A DNA stretch of 64,000 nt from the human T2T-CHM13v2.0 reference genome, Homo sapiens, in the NCBI RefSeq assembly GCF_009914755.1, contig NC_060944.1. One strand, 5' to 3'. This document shows, piece after piece, positions 43,983-58,960 of this stretch. The position numbers and the translations under genes were made by a program. The notes beneath the pieces are model-generated. The model did not search any database. It was not told the DNA's origin and saw nothing but the letters and a program-made list of their open reading frames with translations. The number at the start of each line of letters is the position of its first letter. Position 1 is the first letter of the stretch.

Positions 43983-46919
43983 TAATCATTATTCATTAAA
44001 TTACCTTTGCACCATTATCAAAAGTTAACTGACAATATGTATGCAGATTTATTTTTATTCTGTATTCTGTTTATGGCAGCTTTGTATCTACTTTCTTGAG
44101 CAAACACATGTACCAAACACAGTTAACAGCACTTTACAAATAATAACTCATTTAGTACTCATTACAACCCTCATGGCATCTGCTTCTAATGGTTCTATTT
44201 TCTTGGCAAGGAACCTGAGGCACGGAGAGGCTAAGTAGATTTCCTAGGGTCACACAGCCTGTAATTGATGGCACTTAGCTTCTATTTTCTTCTCTCATTG
44301 TAAATCATCCTTTAGTATAATTGTGGATTTGGTTGTCTGAATTTTTCACTAGTTGGTAAGCTGTTTGAGGGTAGAGATTGCGTCTTTAAGCTTTGTGGCC
44401 TAAGCACTTAGCTAATGCCAGCCTTGGAGAACATGCTCCATGAAGGTGTATAAATGAACGAATGAATGAATGGGCAAATGCACAAAGTATGGACGAAATG
44501 AGTGCTCTGAAGGTTGTGCTCTTTGGAACCTCTGCCACTGGCATCATTTCCCAAGTGAAAAAAAAAATGGCTGCCAACAACGCAGACAAAAAGCTAAGTG
44601 AAAATGAATACAGGATCTGTCTCTAATAAAAACAGAAAAAGAATTATGCTTAGAAATATTCATCACTGGTGCACGATGATCCAGATTTCAACAGATCAAC
44701 CTTGATATGCTGATAAGAGACTATTTGTGGAAAGACTGAACCTTGGAGGCCACACTGCAGGGCTCCACCGGAGATATGACAATTGCCAACATCTGTATGG
44801 GAATTAAGGGATGGAGACATGAGGTTAATTGCCAGGGCTTTAAGAGGCAGGAGAGGAGGAGGTGGAAGAATTATAAGAATCATGGTGCTGTTAGTGGGAA
44901 CAGCCAAGGCTCTGGAGTTGGCAAAGAAGATTAAGCTGCGGGTGACAGGCAGGTGGAGGGAAACCCAGCACATCCCACTGGCTCAAGGTGACCTTTCTTT
45001 CTTTTCTTTTCCTTTTATGATTAAAGGACAATCATGCTTGTGGTTACAACTGTCAACAGAAAAGGAGGGTAGAAATTAAAAAGTCTCCAAACTTCCTTGG
45101 TTCCCCTGAGAGAGTTCATAAGATTGACTTTGATTCCAGACATTTTTCTGGATACATACAGTGATCTATCATAAATATCTAACTAGCAGGCAAATTTTTG
45201 TGTTTCCCTCACCTCAGGGAGTCCTCTTACTTCCAAGTCTTTCCAAAGTTTCTCATATTCCAGAAAACATATTTTCTAATTTTATTTTTATTTTTTGCAC
45301 AACGAACAGCTCTTTGTTGCTTACTTTAGCTGCAGATTAGAATCATCTGAAGATTTTTGTTTTATTTATAAATGATGACTGCAGAAGCCTCAGTCCCAGA
45401 GAATCTGATAGCTTTGTTTTTGGGTATGGCCTAGATATTGGCGTGTTCCCCACATGATTCTACTATGCAGCCAGATGGAAGTACAACTGATTCTCAAGTC
45501 AAGTTGCACCAGAATTACTTTATTTCCCTTAACTATGGTTATTAGCCAAGCCCCTGATTAGAGAGTCTGATTCAGTCCTTTTGGAATGGGGTCAGGGCAG
45601 TGGTATTTTTTTTTCTCTGTTCCCCAGGTGCAGCTATGGTTGACTCACTGCTGCCTGAAGCTTTTGCAATCCATGCTAATGGGAGATGTGTTGGAGGGGA
45701 ACCTTATGCAATGTGTAGAAAAGGAGGCAAAGACGTTGAACCCAGACCTGGTCATTCTCAGCAGGAGTTCACAATTGCAATTTGTGGATGCTGTAAGCAT
45801 CTCTGTGATGGTCAGGAGTATCTACCTGCAAGATAAAGGAAAAAGAATTTTACTAATGTTACATGATTGGCTACTTGATGCAGGATCTTACCTGGAGGAA
45901 CATCATTCATTTAAATAAAAATGAAAACAATCTGCTGTGAATCACTGTGTTCAATCAGTGCTTCTCAAACATGAATGTGCACAGGAATCATCAGGGGATC
46001 TTGTAACGATGCAGGTTTTGATTTGGTGGATCTGGGTTGGGGCCTGAGATGCTGCCTTTCTAATAAGCTCCTGGGGAATTGTCTCGGGATGACAATTTGA
46101 GTGGCAGGGTATCAGTTCACTCAAAATGTGGTTCTGATGTGAGAAGCTTGAATATAGTTATTTTATGCAGTAAGAGAGTGAATCATATTTCAAATTGACT
46201 TTATTCTCTATGTATGATTTTAAATGGATGTATAGCTAACATAAGAAATGAACATAGTGAACCATTCAATTGTACAGTTTATATATACCATTTGGCCCAA
46301 ATGCTTTTTTACTTACTTTTAAAATCTTTTCATTAAGAATAAAGTTTTGCTTTGAGGGTGGGATGGTTGGTAATTTTGTATTCTGGCACATATACAATCC
46401 TTTAGGGATTAGCGTTCATAAACATAGATAGTTCTCTGAAAGCATTGAACAGGTGGTAGAATGAAGTAGGAAGCCGGTGACTGAGAAAAATCTAGGCTGG
46501 TTAGCAGATGCCTTCGCTTGGAAAATAGGGATAATATTCATACCTACCTCATAAAGTTGCTGTAGAAATAAAATGGGGGGATACATATGCAAAGCATATA
46601 GCATAGTGTCTGCTCCATAAAAGGGACTCCATAAGCTATGCCAGTTTTATCACTATGTTACCAGTCCTTCAGGAGGTTATGGGATGCTTAGAAGTGTATT
46701 TGGACCCTTTCAAAACAAAATAGATGAGTACATGTTTTTCTTCATTAACACCTACGCATTTATAATTTTATGTAAATTCATGCATACTAACATGTCATGC
46801 ATGCCTTTCTTTAGTTTAGTCTTTTTATTTTACTTTGTTGCTTGGGTCCTCCATCCTCACATATCAGCGGCCCGCCTATGTTAACCTGGGTTCATATCTA
46901 GTATGTACTTTTAACATTT

Positions 46920-49900
46920 ATTATTATTTTATTATTTTTTCTAGTGTATATTTTTAAAACAAAAAACCCTACACAAATATGCAAAGTATAAAATTTGCCA
47001 AGTTTTTACATGTATATACACCTATGAATGAATCACCAAAATCAAGAAAATGGAATTATTTTTCACTCCCCAAAGTTTCCTCATGCACCTTTGTAACGCC
47101 TCCCTATCATCCCTTCTCACCCTCTTACAGGTCCCAGGAAACACTGATCTGCTTTCTGTCACCAAAGAGCATTTTGCATTTTCCAGGATTTTATAAAATT
47201 TTATAAAATGACTCATAGTATGTAATGATTTTTGCCAGGCTTATTTCATTTAGCATAATTATGTTGAAAGCTATTCATGTCATGATCATGGATTTAGATA
47301 GACCTTTCTTCTTTACATATATAGGCATTTAATACTATAAATTTTCCTCTAAATATTGGTTTAGCAAAATCCCACAAATGCATTTTGTTGTGTTTTCATT
47401 TTCATTCAGTTCAAAATATTACTTTCCATTTTGATTTTTTTTCCTTTGGTGTTATTAAATTTTCAAATATTTGTGAATTTTCCAGAAATCATTTTGATTT
47501 CTAATTTAATTCCATTATGATCAGAAAAGAATGTTTTGTATGAATGAAACCCTTTTAAATTTGTTGAGCCTTGTTTTGTAGCTCAGAATATGTCTACCAT
47601 GGTAAGTTTTCAATGTGTACTCTGTTGTTGTTGGATGCAGTGTTTTAAAAAAAACATCAGTTAGATCAAGTTGGTTGATTGTCTTCAAATCTTCTGTATT
47701 CTCACTGATTTTCTATATACTTGTTCTAGCAATCATTGAGAAGGATATTGATATCTTTGACTAATTGTAGATTTCAATTTTCTGATAATTTTTATCAGTT
47801 ATTACTTCATGTATTTTGAAGCTCTGATATTGGGTATACAAATATTTAGAATTGTTATGTCCTTTAGATGAACTGGCCCTTTTATCATAATGAAATGATC
47901 TTCTTTATTCTTAGTAGTATTCTTTACTCTGATTTAGCTATTTCAACTTTCTTTTCACTTGTGTTAGCATGGTATGTTTTTTTCTATCCTTTTTAATGTA
48001 TTTGTGTCATTATGTTTAAAGTACATTTCTTGTAGGGGGCATATATTTGAGTGTTGACTTTTAAATCTAATGTAACAATCTGCTTTTTAATTGGACTATT
48101 TAGACTGATTGCATTTAATGTGATTATTGATGTGATTAAGTTAAATCTATTATCTTGCTATTTGCTTTCCATTGTACCATCTATTCCTTGTTCCCTTTTG
48201 CTTTTTCCCTGCCTTCTTTTGGATTAATTGTATATTTTATATACTTTCACTTGTCTTCTTTATTGTTTCATTGACCATGATATTTTTTGTTATTTTAGTG
48301 GTCATTTTAGAGTTTACAATTCACATTTTTCACTTATCACAGTGTACTTTCAGGTGATGAAGTATACTTTACATGTAGTGTGAGATCTTTACAATAGTCT
48401 ACTTCTATTTCTCCCCACCTGACTTTTATGATATTGTTATCATGCATGTAATGTATACATATATTATAAAAACTAGAGATATATACACAAACACACACAT
48501 ATAGTGTGTAGAGCTATATATGCTTATAAATAATGTTTATAAAATATAATGAAATATATAAATATAAAATATTGCATTATTTTTGTTTAAATTATAAATA
48601 TTTTATGCTTAGTAATTTTTATTTTATTGCATGCCAGATATTGTGCAATATCTCTTTTTGGGTAGTGAATATTTTTGTTTTCAACAAAAATTCTCAAGCT
48701 TTGTTCTAGGACACAGTTATTTATACTAGTTACCCTTTATCTGCAGTTTTGCCTTTTATGGTTTCAGTTATCTACAGTACAGTACAGTGATCTCTTTGTA
48801 TCTGTGGGGGATTGGATCCAGGACCCCCAAAAGATAACAAAACCCATGGATGCTCAAGTCTCCCATATAACTTGGCCTAGTATTTGCATATAACTTATGT
48901 ACATCTTCCTTTATACCTTATCTCTAGATTACTTATAATACATAGTATAATGTAAATGCAATGTAAAGGTTGTTATATGATATTGTTTTTCCATTTGTAT
49001 TTTTTATTGTTGCTTTTCATTTTTTTAAATTTATTTTTTGCATATTTTAAATTTGCAGTTCACTGAATCTGTGTATATGGAACCTGTAGCTACAGAGGTC
49101 TGACTGTACAAGAAATTTTGAGAGAAGGGGAGAGAGAGTGTATTCACATAACTTTTATTACAGTGTATTGTTCTATTTTATTATTAGTTATTGTTGTTAA
49201 GCTCTTACTGTACCTAATTTATAAATTAAATTTTATCACTGGCATATATTTATAGAAAAAAATTCTATATAGAGTTTTATACCATCCCCAGTTTCAGGCA
49301 TCCACTGGGGGTCTTAGAACATATTCTTTGCAGGTGGGAGAATTCCTGTCCTGGAAAGCAGTAGGATTCCTGCAGATTTCGCTTTTCAGATCTGTTAGCC
49401 TGGAGAAGTTATCCGTTTTGGGCTCATTCTTTCCCATTTCTGAGACAAGACCCTCTGTGCACTCTATCGCACGCCCCATGAATCATGAGGTTTCCCATTT
49501 TTTTCTGGTGGCAATAGAGACTATTCCCCAGCCCCGCATGAGTGCTGAGAACAGTAATCTTTAATGTTCTTAGATGATTTTCTCTTTGGCCTCAGGTAGT
49601 TTCCTAACATGTGTGAACTGATTTTTTTTTTTAATAAATGAATATTTGAGGGAAACCCTCAGCAGGTCTTCCAAGTTCTTTTTCTGTGCATCTTTCTCTT
49701 CTGAGAAAGCTACTGTGTCCTCTGAGCTTTAGCCACCTTGGTCTCCCCAAGTATCCTTAACTCAGGGAGTCTGCCTGGCTCCCGTAGGCGCCTCAGGTAC
49801 CAGGGCCTGGCCAGTCTCTCAAGGCAGTTAGCTAGAACTATAGTGTGCCTCACCTTGCTTGTTTTCCATCTCTCAGGACCATTGTCTTTTGTTGTCTTAT

Positions 49901-50010
49901 ATCCATTATCTTGAAAAGTATTGTTTCATATATTATGTCCTACATTATTATTTTTTTGGTTGTTTTGGGCAGGAATGTAAATTTAGTTCCTGGTACTCTA
50001 TCTTGATTGG
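46920..50010 (-). mobile_element. Old L1M fragments with nested MER44A-like (~48725-49345) and MER2-like (~48780-49108) Tigger MITEs
   Basis: T-rich diverged L1 sequence. The MER2 motif ggattggatccaggacccc...gatgctcaagtc...gtatttgcatataac sits between the two halves of MER44A. Confidence 0.7.
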
Positions 50011-52780
50011 AAGTAGAATTACAGTTCCTTCATGCTCATGTCTACATCCTCGTATAACTACATACATTCATGTATACACACATGCACACATATATAAATG
50101 AACATTTAATTATCTCATTCTACTAAAATGGAATTGTATACACATATTGCATCTTAATTTTCTTACCCATAGATGCCTTGAACCCTGTCCTCCACATCAA
50201 TGGGTATAATTATAATTCAATCACTTTAATGTCCATATAATATTTTGTAATATGGATGTGACATAATTTTAAAAAACCATCTACTTATGGACACTTCCTT
50301 TGTTTCTAATATTTGACACTTTTAACAATGTAGTAATGCCTCTCTCCTTCTCTCTCTCTCTCTCTATATATATATATTTAAACCATAGCATCTTAATTCA
50401 ACCTAAACCAGAAATAAGATTGGTAAACAACTATTTTGACATGAAGATACTGTTTTTATTTTTTTAAACAAAATTTTTTAGATCATAATTGTAGTGATCA
50501 TGATGATGATAAGCATGTATAGAACCTATGTCCAAGTGCTTTGCATGTATTAACTAATCTAATGCTAACCAACACCTTTGAAATTCTATAAGGTATTATC
50601 ACTATTTTACAAAAAAGAAACTGAGTCAGTAAAAGGTTAAACCAACTGCCCAAAGTCAGACAGCCAGTAAGTAGGGGAGGTGGGTTTTGAAGCCAATCTA
50701 GCTGCAGACTTTGAAGCATAGTAGCATTTTCATGTTGTTGTCTGAACTGTAAGTTGTTTGATTTTACTTAATAATATACCTTGGACATGTTTTCATATTA
50801 GCACTTACAGATTATCTCATTCTATCTTTTAGCTGTATTTGAATATACCAGAATTTATTTCCCTAGTCTTTTATTGTTGGACATTAAATTGTTTACAGTG
50901 TTCTGCTTTTATACACAATTTTGCAATCAACATCCCTGAATATATATATGTTAGTTTATCCTTGGGAATTTGTGTATCTGATGAATAAATTTCTAGCAAT
51001 AGTTTATTCATCAAAGAGTATGTGCCTGTATATTTTTAGCAGGTGCTCACCGCCTTCTCACTCACACAGATGAAATCTATTAAGTTTATAAATGTAAACT
51101 TTCAATAACAGTGTGACTATGGGACAGTGATATTTAAGGGATATTTTAAAGGGTGGTGTAGACATGATTCACATGTTATTTCACAATGACATGTCATTGT
51201 TTTCCTTCTTCTTTTCAGCTTCTTCTCTTTCATATTTCAGTATGAAATAGAAAATCCAACAACCCTGTTTCCATTGAAAATTGCCAAATAAATCATCAGA
51301 TCTTTCTTTTTAGAGGCGTTGCCTTCACTATCTGGATGTAATAATTATAACAACTGGGAACCTGATTCGGGCTGTTGGCTTCTCCCGACATGTTCAGTCA
51401 TAATGGGGAAACTAAGAACATTTTCTATTTCCTTCCAGCATACAGCAGTATTAAGAATCCTAGGAAACTGACAACTTCCCACTTCTATAGCATCTGAAAT
51501 ACAACCCAAAAGAAACTGAGCTCAGATGTGGCCTCAGGGTTGGACATTTGAAATGGCAATGCATGGGTCTTGGCTCACAGCTCTCAGAATCCCAGCTTTG
51601 TATGTGTTTCCCTTGGACAATGTATGTGCTTAGTAGATGAGGAGGAAACCGCATGCTTCTCTCCAGCTCGGCGGAGAAAAATATTTCTTCTCTTTTTCCT
51701 TCTAATGATTTCATTAGTCATATTGTTTACATTTTACTGAAAAAAATTATATCCCCCCTTTAAAATACTTGAGCATTGGGCAGTTCATGTAAATAATAAA
51801 TCTGCCTAAGTTTACAAATTCTTGACTAGAAATAATAAACCTGGGCGATAATAGTAACCATAGAATTGAACAGCTTTTCCCAGAGGGGCACTCAGTGGGG
51901 AAATTTGGTAATTATAGTTAGCAAATGGCCCTTTGGCAACAGAATGTCTTTTTTAAAAGCTCAACAAAAATAATTCTGGGGAAAATAAAAAGGCATAATC
52001 TGTGAAATGCTGAATGTAAACTATACCGCATGACCTAATTAAGAGGACTGCTATGGAGGATTTTTCCAAAATACTCAATAAAATGAGCCTTATTATGGCA
52101 GTTTGGGGGAAAGTAAGCCTATTTGTTTCGGAGGTGCAAATGCCAGATAATATAATATTAAAAGAAGATAGATTCAAAAGCAAAAGAGATTACTGTGAAG
52201 AGCAGATAAATGAAGTGTAAGCACATTTAGTGTTAAAGACAATTTTTTTTTCACTGCTACAATATCTGGTACTGCAGACACATGGAAATTTAAAGGTTTT
52301 TCCCCCACAGTGGAAACGTTATGCTTAGATTGCATGTTGCTCATCTAATATCCTTGATATGAGCTTTAATAATATTGAAAGACTTGCTATTCAGCTGCCT
52401 AACAGTTCTAAAGTGGATATCTGGCCTAGCCACCAGATTGAAGAATGTGAAAGAGCTTATTCAGCCACGTTAATGAACAAAGTCAATGACTACTCCGTTA
52501 CTTCCTGTCAGTTCACTCATCCCTCCATCCCTCCTCCTGTCTACGTTTTCATTAAAATGTTGATTGAATATTCCCTACGTCTCTGGCACTGCTCAAAGTG
52601 CTGGAGCTACAGCAGGGAACAAAATAAACAAGGTTCTGTTCATATGGAACTTACATTTTAGTGGATGTTGGGTTGGAGAAATATGACAAATAAAGATAAA
52701 TAAGAACATAATTTATCAGGTAAGAGTAGATGATAATTAGGAAGATAAAGCCTGTGAAAGAAATAAAGCATGATGGAGGG

Positions 52781-52816
52781 GTGTGTGTGTATGTGTGCGC
52801 GCGCATGCATGTGTGC
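52781..52816. repeat. Alternating purine-pyrimidine tract
   Basis: gtgtgtgtgtatgtgtgcgcgcgcatgcatgtgtgc. Confidence 0.85.
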
Positions 52817-53117
52817 TACTTTAACAGGAGCAAGAACAAAGTTAAGGAATAAAGAAAAAACCTTAAGGCTATCTTGGAGGAAGATCACTGGAGATGGTGC
52901 ACAGGCCCTGAGGTGGGAATGGCTTGGGATATCCAAGAGTAACAAGGAGGCCAGCTGGACTGATGCATAGTTTTCAAGGAGTAGAGCCATAGGAATTATG
53001 AGCAGAGACATGTCTACAAGCATGATTATGTACTTGGGGCCTTACAGGCAATGGTTGGGCAGCCAATAGAGAGTTTTGAGTATTTTAGTGGCTTGATCTG
53101 ATTTATGTTTTAAAATA

Positions 53118-53423
53118 CATTTGGCCATCCATATCTGTGCATTCCACACCCATGGATTCTGCCAAGAGAGGACTGAAAAATATTCCAGGAAAAAAATTCC
53201 ACAAGTTCCAAAAAGTGAAACTTGAACTTGTCACAAGGGTAAAGTATTGTGCAGGTCTTGTGTTAGGTATTATAAGTAATTTAAAGGATATGGGAGGATG
53301 TGTGTAGGTTATATGCAAATGCTATGCCATTTTATATAAGGGACTTGAGCATCTTGGGATTTTGGTATATGCCAGGATGTGGGGATTGGAACCAATCTCT
53401 CATCAATAATGAGGAACAACTAT
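53118..53423. mobile_element. MER2-family (TcMar-Tigger) MITE within an L2 remnant
   Basis: gtaggttatatgcaaatgctatgccattttatataagggacttgagcatc...ggaaccaatc. Confidence 0.7.
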
Positions 53424-54287
53424 ACTCCCTCTGGCACTTATTGGAGTGACGGTGATATTCTATACCTTGATTGCCATGGTAGTTACACAACTGTGTGTGT
53501 TTGTCAAAACTTATAGAAATGTACACCTGGAAGGGTAAATTTTACTGGAGATAAATTATAGCTCAATAAGCCTGAATTTTAAAACGTTCTTTATATCTGC
53601 TGTGTAGATGATACAGGGGCCAGAATGAATAAAGACAGACTAATTAGGAGGCTATAGCAAAAAATCAGGCGAAATACAATGATAGTTTTAACTAGGTTGG
53701 TAGCAGAGATTTTGGTGAGAAATATCACGGTTTAGGGTAATTTTAAAAAATACAACCACTGAAACTTAGTGATAAGTATAAATTCTTCTCTTACTTCCCA
53801 CTCGTCCAAATCTCAGCAAATGCTGCCACCACAAACCAGTTAACTCAAGCCGTAATCCAACGAACATCTTTGATTAATGCATCAGTCAATTCTGTAGGCT
53901 CTTCTTCCAAAACATGGCTTGAATTCTTCCATTTTTATTTATGCTAACCATACCTTGATAGCATCTCTATCTTTGGAAGATGGGATAGCAAATCCCATCA
54001 TTTCTTGCTAAAACAATTGCAGTATCTTAGTATCTTGTCTTTGAATTTATTCTCCTAATCCATTGAAATATATTCTCAGTATGGAAGTTCAAAGTAATCA
54101 TTTTGAAACTTTTATGTAACAAATCTTTATTGAGTACCTACTATTTGCTTGGGTAATTTAGAACCTGGAGGGAATAAAACAGACCAAAATCTATTGAACA
54201 TGAGCCTGTTTAAGTGGGTTTATGAATTAAAATGCCAGGTTAACCCTTATAAAATGAGCAAGTGGCTTAGATATATTCCTGCAAACA

Positions 54288-54580
54288 GGCCGGGCGTGGT
54301 GGCTCACCCCTGTAATCCCAGCACTTTGGGAGGTCAAGACGGGTGAATCACTTGAGGTCAGGAGTTTGAGACCAGCCTGGCCAACATGGTGAAACCCTGC
54401 CTCTACCAAAAATACAAAAATTAGCCAGGCATGGTCGTGTGCACCTGTAGTCCAGCTACATGGGAGGCTGAGCCAGGAGAATCACTTGAACCCAGGAGGC
54501 GGAGGTTGTAGTGAGCCGAGATTGCACCACTGCACTACAGCCTGGGTGACAGAATGAGACCCTGTTTAAAAAAAAAAAAA
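54288..54580 (+). mobile_element. Alu (AluSz/Sx-like)
   Basis: Full Alu. TSD ATTCCT(G/C)CAAACA at 54275-54287 and 54580-54592. Confidence 0.96.
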
Positions 54581-57247
54581 TTCCTCCAAACAAACTATGG
54601 ATTGAAGAAAACACCAATGAAAGCACAGAAGTATTTCATCAAAAATTATCCATAACTGGTCAGAGAGACCAAAAGTTAAGTTTCATTAAGTGTGATCAGT
54701 AATGCCCTTTTTATGTTTGGAACTGTTTCACACATTACAGACATTAAAACAGGAAGTGAAATAAATAACTCAGACTGAGACCTTGGAATAGCTTTATCAT
54801 AAAATATGAAACCACAAGCTTCAAAAAAAATGAAAGCATATTTATTCGAACTTTGCTTTTACCAAAAATGATTTATCTTCCATCTCATCTTTTTATAATT
54901 TATTTGTGAGTATTTTATAAAATATAGAATGTTAGTATAATAAAACATACAATTTATAAATTAAAAAACAGCCTTGAATTGGGGATGGACATTTGAAATT
55001 TTCTTATTAATGGAATGTACAATCAAAAATGTTTGTAGACTACAAATTTAAATACTTGGTATTACACAAATGTAATATCACTTTTCAAAGTGTTTATTTT
55101 TTAAAAATAAAACATCTTTTTTTAATCCCTTTGAATTTTTACATTTAGAAACCATCCATTGCCTCTACCAGAGAGCTGGGACGATGTGGTTTGCATGTTG
55201 AGATCAAGAATCCAGGAGAACCAGCCAAGGTGTCTGCAGAATCTACCAGCTCTAAATTGTTGGAAATGCTGGTGGAATTGAAATCCCCTTAGTGAGATGC
55301 AGCAACTTTCATCTGAGACATATGCTGTAATTAGCAGTTTCTTAATTACCGAGTGCTTGAAGTATGTCATACTGGGAAGGGGTGGCGGGAAAATGCTGCT
55401 GCGCTTGAAGACACAAGGTGACCACGTTCTCTCAACCAGCTTGAGACCCCAGGTTCACTCTTACTGCAGCACAAACACACTGTGGCCAAGAGAAGACCAT
55501 TCAAAGGTACCCCACTGCTTCCTATTTAGAGGGGGAAAAAGGACGTCATATATCCCTGCTCATGATGGCATAATTTGGTGTTAAAGTCAGTTGTGATGGC
55601 AAAGTAAAGTTTTGGTTTGTTTGGTGAGAAAACTGAGTTCACCCTCTTGCCACCCTCTTATCTGTTTGAGCCAGAAACGATCCCATCTACCAAGTGCTGT
55701 CTGAGAGCCAGGGTCCATGCCCAACAATTTTCATGCATCGATACCTTTCATCTCATGAAGCGGGCACTACTCTGATATGCCTTTGCTAGGTAAGGAAGCT
55801 GAAATTCAAGGAGATTTTGTTCCTTGTTAGTGACAACATCAAGGCAAAGTGGCTCTAGAGCCTGCCTGCTTAGTCACAACTGTGCCTTGTCACTCTACTG
55901 CTTTGAACCAGGCAGCTATTGTGCCGGTGGCATATATACAAGGAGGCTGAGGGACAGAGCAAATATTCAGGACAAGAGTGAGTCATGCTGAGGGATTGTG
56001 GCAAGAAGAAGGCTGGCTGTGGGTAGGGGAGGGCCTTGGGCCTGGGGAGAACAGAAATTCTATTGAATTTCTAACTAAGTGCTGGGCAGAGTAGCTCTTC
56101 TTCCTTACCTCCTTATGAAATCATCAGTCAAATACACTCATTTCTTGTTAAAGCATTGCGAGTTGCATCCCTTTGCAGAGATGTGTTTAACTCTTGAGCC
56201 ACGCTTCCAATTGGGCTTGGGGCAGAAAAGGAAAGTCCCCAGATGCTGTCCTGTTATACCTGCTTGGCTTGTTTTAGAACAAGAGTCTTTCAAGTCCTGG
56301 GACTAATTTATTGGCTTCGGTTACAGGGGAGCTGCAGCTTAGGCTGCCTGGCTTTTGTAGGACCACAAAGAGGAATCTCTGAGATGCTTTGTTTCTTCTA
56401 GAATAAGATCCAGTACTAAAGGGGAAACGTGCTTCTGTAACTTGGTCAAGGTTTACAAAGAGAAACACCCTGTCCCTCTCTGCATGAATTTCCATTGGCC
56501 TTCTATGGAATTTATGGCTTTTGTAGGAAGGGCAAAATCTGGCAGTGGGAGGAAATTCATTAGTGGTATCACTCTTATGGTTAGGATTCCATGACCTTGA
56601 GGCACATAAATCTGGAAAATGGCCTCAGTGGGCATCCAGTGCCCTGATAAATAGACACAACACTGTGAGCCAAGATTTGTAGTCTATGGAATCTCCTTTT
56701 CTATATGAGGAGATGTGCATCCTGCATCTCAGGCACTTATATTATCCAGAGCTGCAGAAACAAGGTTATCAGTTTATTGGTTCACTTACACACCTTCCTT
56801 GCTTCCTTTCAGCTTCCTCACCCAGCCTTGCAATCTCAGCTACTAATGTCATCCAAGCTAATTTTCAGAGCCGGGTTGGCAGAGTTGGCATGTAATGGAT
56901 GGACATTTTGATCTTGGCCAGCACGTTTCTAAGTAGGAAGTAGTGTCCATCCATTAGGGGTGTCAAGAGTTTCATCTCTCAAAAACAGCCCTTTTTGTGG
57001 TAATGGATAGCTGCTCTGACAGCTTCAGAGGACTGAATTAGGATGTGTGTTCTGCAGATATCAGGAAAAGAAACAGGAATAAAACACAATTATACTCAAA
57101 CCTATAACTTTTGCCCGCCTTGAATACATTTAGTTGCTCACCCCCAAGGCTGGAGGATACCTAATAAAGAGACATTTTCTGGTTAACTGACAATGTTTTC
57201 CTTTTTTTTCTTTTTTCTTGTCTTTTCCAGCAGAAGTCTCTTGTTTC

Positions 57248-57722
57248 TGCCAAGAACTCTGAAAAGTTAAAAATATTTATCCTGCTTGCAAGCTAACAAC
57301 TTAGCCTGCTGTAGTTTCTTAGATGCAGGCAGAAAACATGCAACTCCTGGGTCAGAGACAAAAGGCTTGTATTACTCAAGGCACAGCAGGCAGCATGATC
57401 ATTGTGTTTGCTGCAGGTGCCCTCTCTCCAAGTTCCCTGGGAGTGATGGGAAGCAGCCTGGGTAGATGCTGCAGCCTCAGGAGGTTTGGAGCACAGCTGA
57501 GTTTAAGAAATCCCAAACTTGTAAAGAGGGCAGTCTAACCTTTGCCTAGAGAGAGACATTATCTTATAGTGGTCAGGAAACAAACCTGCCCTCTGCCCCA
57601 AGGGAGCTACTATCTCTATCTTCCAAGGCCTTTCACTATACAAACATCCGAAAAATCGTCTGAAACAAAAGCTACTACAGAATGTGCAGAAATGTAGGAA
57701 ACTCATAGAGAAGTACCTCCTG
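57248..57722 (-). mobile_element. LTR40-like ERVL solo LTR
   Basis: The reverse complement reads ...catttctgcac...gatgtttgtatagtgaaaggccttggaagatagagatagt, resembling the LTR40 5' end. Confidence 0.65.
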
Positions 57723-58960
57723 GTAATTGCAGGAAAGAATTTGGCAAAACTGGTTCACTGATACTACATTACTTACATTTTAAATATGAAATACTGGCAG
57801 TTATTTTCAACTAAAGGCAAATATAAAAACACTGTCATTGGCTCAAATAATAGCAAACAAAGAGTAGCATGGGATTTTGCCTAAAGAGTACAATCTGGAA
57901 TAATATATTGTCATTATATTTAACATCCCTTCAATTAAAATACCAATTAAAATATGATTTATTTCAAGTAAATGTCCTACTTATTTTTAATTACACTATG
58001 CTTTGTTAGTCACTGTATTTATGTTGGAAACAAGATCATTAAAGAATTATTTGTCTTATACATTGTTAAATAAGGCAAAGCCCCAACTCACAATTTTCTC
58101 TAATTTGAGAAGAAGTGGGAGAAAAGAAAACAATGGGATATTTTATCGTCTGGAAAGTGGAGGTTCATCTAAGATATGGCTATTTGCATTGCTCCCATTT
58201 TTGTGAACTGCTGCTTCATTTTTACAAAAGAAAAAGAAACATTTTATGAAGAGATTAACAAAAGGCACCACTTCACTCTCTTACCACTTAAGATTCATCT
58301 CCATGCCTTTTCCTGTATTGGATATTGTAATTATGTGATTCTTTCAAGCTGATCAGCATAGCATGCAAGAAGTGCCAGTTCTCTCAAATATCTCTAGAAC
58401 TATATTCATAACCATGATTCTTTTCTTGTTTTTTAAATTCTTTTTTTAATGGCTATAAATTAATCTCAGTAATAATTGTTATTTGAGGGTTCCATCGCAT
58501 GTATTGACGTAGTCACATTTCCAAAATCTTTTAATACAAATTTCCGAAATGTACATAACTTACTAAATCCTGGGCTTATTTTACCACCATGCTGTCTCCT
58601 TTTTCAAGGATAAATGCATAGTTCCATGTGCTCCTTTGAAGCACTGACCAAGGAGTTTTCTTCCTGTCCTGAAATCATCAACAAATATTCTTCCAGCAGT
58701 TTTTCTCCCCTTGATATTTTATTTCTCTCTGTGGAGATTTTAAAGAAAAGAGGGATAAAAAAATCTTTGGAAGGGTATGTTGAGATTTTCTCTTCAATTA
58801 TATTTAAGTTGGGATGTTTGATGCCAATACGACAGCTAAAATGGCAACTGACAGTAATATTTGTTAGGGCTAAATCTACTCTGAATCACCATAATATATA
58901 AAACTACAGGACCTCAAGAAGAGCAAACCACCAAGATGCTGGGCAAAAATCCCCAACACT

